Source of the DNA: an uncultured Candidatus Saccharibacteria bacterium
GTDB lineage: Bacteria > Patescibacteriota > Minisyncoccia > UBA6257 > JAUSGH01
NCBI GenBank assembly: GCA_964359435.1
Contig: CAYHSY010000002.1
Coordinates: 1 to 28,737 of the forward strand
Reading direction: 5' to 3'
Length of the DNA: 28,737 nt
This document shows positions 24,175 to 28,737 of the stretch, piece after piece; positions within the stretch are counted from its first letter, which is position 1; each line of letters starts with the position of its first letter. The notes under the pieces are model-generated. The model was not told the origin of the DNA. It made no database searches and worked only from the letters and a program-made list of their open reading frames with translations. A program made the translations under genes and the position numbers.

Positions 24175-26520
24175 ATGGTTAATCTTTACCAAAAATCTCT
24201 CGGCATATTTTTATTGGTTGCCATCGCTGCTGTTGTATTGCCCGTTCAAACATTAGCACAGGGCTCAGCCCCACCCCCGTTGCCGGGCCCTGGCGGCATT
24301 GAGGGACCAGGTATTGTCAAACTTTTTTTAAATGACGTAGAGAGGGAAGTGGGAGCCGCCCTACAAAGAGGTGATATTGATAGGGCTAAAGCATGGAGGG
24401 CTTGGGAAAAAGCAGCCAAAGAATTTTTGGCCAAAACACCCTGCAGCGCCCCCTTTGTGGGCCTCACCTCTTCTTTTGAAAATTTTAAAAGGGAGTTATT
24501 AGAAGCCGTTAGAAGCGGCGACGTAAACAAGCTAAAACGATTAAACTTGTTTGAATTTCTAGAAGGTTTTAAGTATACTGATGCAGCCGAGGAAGCCAAG
24601 ATGCTCAAAGAAGAAGTTACGGGCATCATCAATGATTTACTATCAAGCGAGGGCGGTGATAAGCAGACAGCTAAAACTATTAACGAGTTGGCAAAACTAG
24701 CCGAAGAACGTTCAGCCGCACGCATTTCACAAGAAAAATTAGCAACTCAAGAAATCAGTAGAATTTCTCAACTCACTCCGGAAGAATTGGCGGCTGAGCA
24801 GGTAGAGTCAAGAAAAATTGCAGAAAGATTAGTAGCAGAGATGGCGGCCAAAGAGAAACTAGCAAGGGAATCAGCGGCCTTTGCTGAGCAACTAGCTGGG
24901 CGGGAGGCGGGAGCGGTGGGCGTCGGTAGCAGCGGTGCAACACAAACCGGGGTAGGATTGGGGGCGCGGCCAGCGGCCAGCGGCCTCGCTACCGAGGCCA
25001 CTCAAACCGGAGTTTTAGTTACGGAAAAAGCCGCGCAAAAGACGGGGGTTGGTACTGCGGCTGCTTTAGCGGAGCAAGCGGTGGTAAAGAGGGGAGCGGC
25101 GAAAATTATAATTGGGGGTTTGACTAGAGCCGGGCTGGCCGTGCTGCCGCCGGCTTTAGCGGCTTACGGAGCGGGCGATTTAACGGCCGAACTTATAGGG
25201 GCTGTTAGTGAGGGAATTGAAGGAGTGGAGGACGCGGCGCGGCAAGTTTTGGGCGAAGTCGCTAAGGCCAACGATGAGATTAATAGAGAAGTACCTCGTT
25301 ATCAAGAAGCTATCGCTAAAACCGAATCAGAGCTGGATTCTCTAGGATCTAGATATCAGGATGCGCAGAATGCGTTGGATATTGCTAATTCTAACGAACA
25401 AGCCATCTTGAACGATCCAACGGCCAGCGTTGCGGCTAAGGTAGCCGCTCAAGCCAAAGCAGGAGAAGCAGAAAGAGTAGAAGCTGGCTTAAAATCTCAA
25501 ATTGACGCGCTGGACTCCGACCTGGCAGTTTTCAAGGGTGCCTTGAAAGCCGATCAGCAAAAACAAAAAGAACTGCAAGAGGCGCTTAATATAATGCAAG
25601 AAGTATTGGGCTTACCCGAGTCGCAATTGCATCAAGTGGGAATAACGATTCCGGATAGCGCGGTTCGGGTCGCCGTAAGAAGTCGCGGAAATAATTTTTT
25701 GGTCACTGCCGATCCGAAAATACCAGTAATTTTCGATTTTGCTCAGCCGCAATGCCCCCCGCCGTTAGGGGTTGCCTTCTCTTTTGACCCTAAAACCAAA
25801 ATGGCAAGTTTTGTGGGCCCCTCGTTTTCATACGCGACAGTTGATGGGCAGACCTATGGCACCGGCGAAAAAATTCCATATAATGTTTTAAGTGGTAAAG
25901 ATGTCTATATCAACATGTTTTTGAGGGGCGAACAATTTATCAATTCTCCAGACATTACCGCCGGCCTTACTTATGTATTACCGGATACCATGCAAGAACT
26001 TTTCCCCTCTATTTACTCCGGCCCTCGCGTGACTCGGCCGAATCGCCAAGCCGTTGTTATTACCAACTACTCCAATCAAGAACTTCGTGGTGATATTAGG
26101 TTTACAGATGGTACTAATCTAAAAAATATAGTGCTTACTCCTGGTCGCAATGTGGTGGGTTCCATTCCCCGTGTCTCCGGCTCTCTGTCCGCTACCTATA
26201 CGTTTACCAACGAAAGTGGTCAGGTATTTAAGGGTAGCGTTTTGGTGCGTTCGGCCAGCGTAGCTAGTGGCGCCCGTCTGGCACCTATCCAGAAAACGTT
26301 CCCCACTATTTTTTCGTCACAAACGCCTAAATCAGTAATTACTCCAGGCGTATTGCCGACTCCCGGCTTAGTCACGCCAACATTATTTACGCGGCCTCAA
26401 ACATTGCCAACGCCTTCTATAGGAACCGTAGTGCCTTTCAAATATACACCCCCGACCTTCCAAGTTCCTTCTATCTTGTCTCCGCAGTACAATCCGCCTT
26501 CTACTATATTTACACAATAA
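24175..26520 (+). CDS. Large secreted hypothetical protein (start probably ATG 24175)
   Basis: Signal peptide ending VQTLA-Q; coiled coils flanking a Gly/Ala-rich hydrophobic segment; beta-rich domain; Pro/Thr-rich tail. Confidence 0.75.
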   Translation: MVNLYQKSLGIFLLVAIAAVVLPVQTLAQGSAPPPLPGPGGIEGPGIVKLFLNDVEREVGAALQRGDIDRAKAWRAWEKAAKEFLAKTPCSAPFVGLTSSFENFKRELLEAVRSGDVNKLKRLNLFEFLEGFKYTDAAEEAKMLKEEVTGIINDLLSSEGGDKQTAKTINELAKLAEERSAARISQEKLATQEISRISQLTPEELAAEQVESRKIAERLVAEMAAKEKLARESAAFAEQLAGREAGAVGVGSSGATQTGVGLGARPAASGLATEATQTGVLVTEKAAQKTGVGTAAALAEQAVVKRGAAKIIIGGLTRAGLAVLPPALAAYGAGDLTAELIGAVSEGIEGVEDAARQVLGEVAKANDEINREVPRYQEAIAKTESELDSLGSRYQDAQNALDIANSNEQAILNDPTASVAAKVAAQAKAGEAERVEAGLKSQIDALDSDLAVFKGALKADQQKQKELQEALNIMQEVLGLPESQLHQVGITIPDSAVRVAVRSRGNNFLVTADPKIPVIFDFAQPQCPPPLGVAFSFDPKTKMASFVGPSFSYATVDGQTYGTGEKIPYNVLSGKDVYINMFLRGEQFINSPDITAGLTYVLPDTMQELFPSIYSGPRVTRPNRQAVVITNYSNQELRGDIRFTDGTNLKNIVLTPGRNVVGSIPRVSGSLSATYTFTNESGQVFKGSVLVRSASVASGARLAPIQKTFPTIFSSQTPKSVITPGVLPTPGLVTPTLFTRPQTLPTPSIGTVVPFKYTPPTFQVPSILSPQYNPPSTIFTQ

Positions 26521-26565
26521 ACATTGATTTTGTATTGGGATTTGTTTTTCTGTATACTATACAGT

Positions 26566-27369
26566 ATGCCTAGTAGCAGAAAAAAAGAACCCAAAACTTC
26601 GTGGGGTAAGCATGCCAAATGGTATGGCGGCGTGGTAGAAGAAAAAGGCAGCTATCAGCGTGAGTTGATTCTGCCCGGGGTTTTGAAAATGTTGGATTTG
26701 AAAGCCGGTGAAGCGGTTTTGGACTTGGCCTGCGGCGAAGGGTTTTTCGCCCGCGAGTTTGGGAAAGCCGAGGCGAATGTTTTGGGCGTGGATGCGGGCG
26801 CGGGGTTGATCGCCCTGGCGCAAAAGAAATCGCCCAAGAATATCGGCTATCGCGTGGCGGACGCCACCAATCTTTCTTTTTTGAACAACGGTGTTTTTGA
26901 CGCGGTAACTATCATTCTAGCCCTTCAAAACATTGAGGACATCGCCCCGGTTTTGAAAGAAGCCCGCCGGATTTTGAAGCCCGCCACCGGGTCGGCGGGC
27001 AGGCCCTCCAGCCGGCTGGTGATAGTTCTAAACCACCCTATTTTTCGTATTCCCAAATTTTCCGGTTGGGGCTGGGACGAAGGGCAATCGCTCCAATACC
27101 GCAAGGTAAATCGTTATATGAGCGAATTAAAATTGCCGATTGAAATGCATCCGGGCGAGCGTTCGAAAGAAATCACCTGGTCTTTTCACCGGCCCATGCA
27201 AGTATATTTTAAGGCGCTCTCTGCCGCCGGCTTCGCTGTAACAGACTTGGAAGAATGGGTTTCCAATAAAAAAAGCCAGCCGGGTCCCAAAGCCAAAGCG
27301 GAAAATTTGGCTCGTGAAGAATTCCCGCTGTTTATGGCGATCAAGGCCGTACCAGTGATGAATCGATGA
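26566..27369 (+). CDS. Class I SAM-dependent methyltransferase (start probably ATG 26566)
   Basis: VLDLACGEGFF motif I, VADAT, FDAVTIILALQNI, RRILKP..VIVLNHP, SFHRP..Y. Confidence 0.88.
   Translation: MPSSRKKEPKTSWGKHAKWYGGVVEEKGSYQRELILPGVLKMLDLKAGEAVLDLACGEGFFAREFGKAEANVLGVDAGAGLIALAQKKSPKNIGYRVADATNLSFLNNGVFDAVTIILALQNIEDIAPVLKEARRILKPATGSAGRPSSRLVIVLNHPIFRIPKFSGWGWDEGQSLQYRKVNRYMSELKLPIEMHPGERSKEITWSFHRPMQVYFKALSAAGFAVTDLEEWVSNKKSQPGPKAKAENLAREEFPLFMAIKAVPVMNR
26980..27005. repeat. Palindromic element within the methyltransferase gene
   Basis: CCCGCCACCGGGTCGGCGGGCAGGCC; inverted copy of 23017-23042. Confidence 0.85.
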
Positions 27370-27373
27370 ATCT

Positions 27374-28045
27374 ATGATAAAACTCTCCAGGTCTAAAATT
27401 GAACTTTCCATTGAATGCCCCCGATGTTTTTGGTTGGATGTAAAATACAAAATTGGCCGGCCGCCGGGTTTCCCTTTCACGCTCAATAACGCCATCGACT
27501 TTTTATTGAAAAAAGAATTCGATCAATACAGAGCCAAAGGCATCGCGCATCCGTTTATTACCGACAACAAAATCGACGCCATTCCCTACGGTGGTCCGGA
27601 GATGGACGGGTGGCGGCACAACTTTACCGGCGTGCAAGTGGAGCATGCCCCCTCCGGATTTTTGGTTTTTGGCGCCGTGGATGACGTGTGGGTGAACGGC
27701 AAAAAAGAATTGATCGTGGTGGATTACAAAGCCACCGGCTCCGCGGAGCACCATATTTATGACAGTTATAAACGACAAATGGAAATTTATCAGTGGCTTT
27801 TGCGCGGCCGCGGGTTGCCTGTTTCGGAAACCGGTTATTTCGTTTTTGCCCGGGCCAATAAAGATGATGGCTTCGCGGACAGAAAACTTTCTTTCAAGAT
27901 TTTTTTGGAGCCGCTCCTGGGTGATGATTCTTGGGTGGAAGATGCCGTCATGAACGCTAAAAAAATCTACGACTCGCCCCGGCCGCCCGTCTCCGGCGCG
28001 GAATGCGACTATTGTTCCTATGTTGCGCGCCGCCGCTCCGCTTAG
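27374..28045 (+). CDS. PD-(D/E)XK (RecB-like) nuclease family protein
   Basis: LSRSKIEL..CPRCF, GAVDDVW..IVVDYKAT, YKRQMEIYQWLL, C-terminal CDYC. Confidence 0.82.
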   Translation: MIKLSRSKIELSIECPRCFWLDVKYKIGRPPGFPFTLNNAIDFLLKKEFDQYRAKGIAHPFITDNKIDAIPYGGPEMDGWRHNFTGVQVEHAPSGFLVFGAVDDVWVNGKKELIVVDYKATGSAEHHIYDSYKRQMEIYQWLLRGRGLPVSETGYFVFARANKDDGFADRKLSFKIFLEPLLGDDSWVEDAVMNAKKIYDSPRPPVSGAECDYCSYVARRRSA

Positions 28046-28105
28046 TTTGCTTTATTATAAATAAGTTGTTATAATATAATACAGGTATGTTTGGAGGGTC
28101 GGTTG

Positions 28106-28414
28106 ATGAATGTCTGGACTTTCAATTTGACTCGCGACTGGCGGCGCCAGCTTGAAGAGGGGAAAATAGAGGCGGACAGATTGGGTGAGAAGTATGTGTG
28201 GTGGGCGAAGCTTTTTCTACGCAAAGCCATTGAGGCGGTGCTCCAAGGTACGCCTCCGCCAATGGTGAGCGTCGAGGAGTACCGCTGGATTCGTATAATT
28301 TGTGACTTGGTGATTCTGGACGAGACGGACATCGGTCGGGGCAGGATGCGTTACACGCCGGTGTTGTTCGAGGGCGGCAACGGAACCCACATCTTTCGTC
28401 TTACGGAAGAATAA
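28106..28414 (+). CDS. Hypothetical protein, about 102 aa (start probably ATG 28106)
   Basis: Open frame fills the intergenic gap; GGAGG 8 nt upstream of the ATG; TATAAT boxes upstream; terminator downstream. Confidence 0.55.
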   Translation: MNVWTFNLTRDWRRQLEEGKIEADRLGEKYVWWAKLFLRKAIEAVLQGTPPPMVSVEEYRWIRIICDLVILDETDIGRGRMRYTPVLFEGGNGTHIFRLTEE

Positions 28415-28426
28415 ATGCGACTATCT

Positions 28427-28451
28427 GGTCGTCTTCGGGCGACCCTTTTTT
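28427..28451 (+). terminator. Intrinsic terminator with a cUUCGg loop
   Basis: GGTCGTC-TTCG-GGCGACC-C-TTTTTT. Confidence 0.7.
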
Positions 28452-28470
28452 GTAAAATAATTTTAATAAT

Positions 28471-28737
28471 ATGCGCAGAGAAAATATCAGGAACATCGCG
28501 ACCATCGCTCACGTTGACCATGGCAAGACCACATTAGTGGATGCTTTGCTTCGCGCCGCGCACGTTGACCGGCATATCGAGGAAATGGGTGAGCTGATCA
28601 TGGATTCCATGGATTTGGAACGCGAGCGCGGCATCACTATCCGCGCCAAAAATGCCTCCGTTGCCTGGAATGGCGTGAAAATTAACATTATCGATACGCC
28701 CGGGCACGCCGACTTTGGCGGCGAGGTGGAGCGCACG
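28471..28737 (+). CDS. typA: Translational GTPase TypA/BipA, 5' part (runs off the window)
   Basis: [63 protein letters not shown]. Confidence 0.92.
   Translation, partial: MRRENIRNIATIAHVDHGKTTLVDALLRAAHVDRHIEEMGELIMDSMDLERERGITIRAKNASVAWNGVKINIIDTPGHADFGGEVERT

Noticed and set aside
26550-26564. 7-1-7 palindrome CTGTATA-C-TATACAG over the methyltransferase -10 box
   Set aside because: Single short AT-rich instance with no regulator linked; could be chance.
26566-28045. Restriction-modification pair (methyltransferase plus nuclease)
   Set aside because: The methyltransferase lacks DPPY/NPPY or PC motifs and looks like a small-molecule class I enzyme.
27374-28045. Cas4 or a CRISPR-Cas locus
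   Set aside because: The Cys pattern is 2+2 rather than 1+3, and there is no cas1, cas2 or array.
397-28736. Numerous minus-strand and alternate-frame ORFs in the supplied track
   Set aside because: They are shadows of well-supported + strand genes and have no recognisable motifs; for example 28509-28736 (-) is antisense to typA and 397-594 (-) spans the inverted repeat.
1-28737. Alternative genetic code (TGA = Gly) as in Gracilibacteria/Absconditabacteria
   Set aside because: Long ORFs are uninterrupted under code 11, and TGA ends genes at 6081, 12066 and 27369.

Overview
A 28.7-kb bacterial chromosomal window with all credible genes on the + strand and standard code 11 (TGA is used as a stop). 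Gene content, AT-rich short intergenics, scarce Shine-Dalgarno motifs and characteristic hypothetical families point to a Patescibacteria/CPR (Parcubacteria-like) genome; this is an inference. Gene order: hairpin-rich leader; secD-secF; a sigma70-region-4/winged-HTH protein; a three-gene block ending in a VirD4/TraD-like ATPase; two type II toxin-antitoxin pairs, each followed by a large Cys-rich paralog; a DsbA-VKOR-DsbD_2/HMA/cupredoxin-CopA disulfide/copper cluster; gpsA; a probable diversity-generating retroelement (DGR) target gene with an adenine-depleted 3' variable region but no RT or template repeat in the window; tgt-arsR-queA; a tRNA-binding domain protein; a deaminase; DUF167; a large secreted protein; a SAM methyltransferase; a PD-(D/E)XK nuclease; an orphan ORF; and the 5' end of typA. 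The most unusual signals are (1) the stand-alone, membrane-anchored DGR-like target, (2) short palindromic elements inserted in-frame in four genes (tgt, queA, tRNA-binding protein, methyltransferase), (3) three copies of one hyphenated palindrome bracketing tgt/arsR/queA, and (4) a 111-nt long inverted repeat upstream of secD. I found no rRNA, tRNA, CRISPR array, transposase or integrase. All family assignments come from motif recognition by eye, not database searches.
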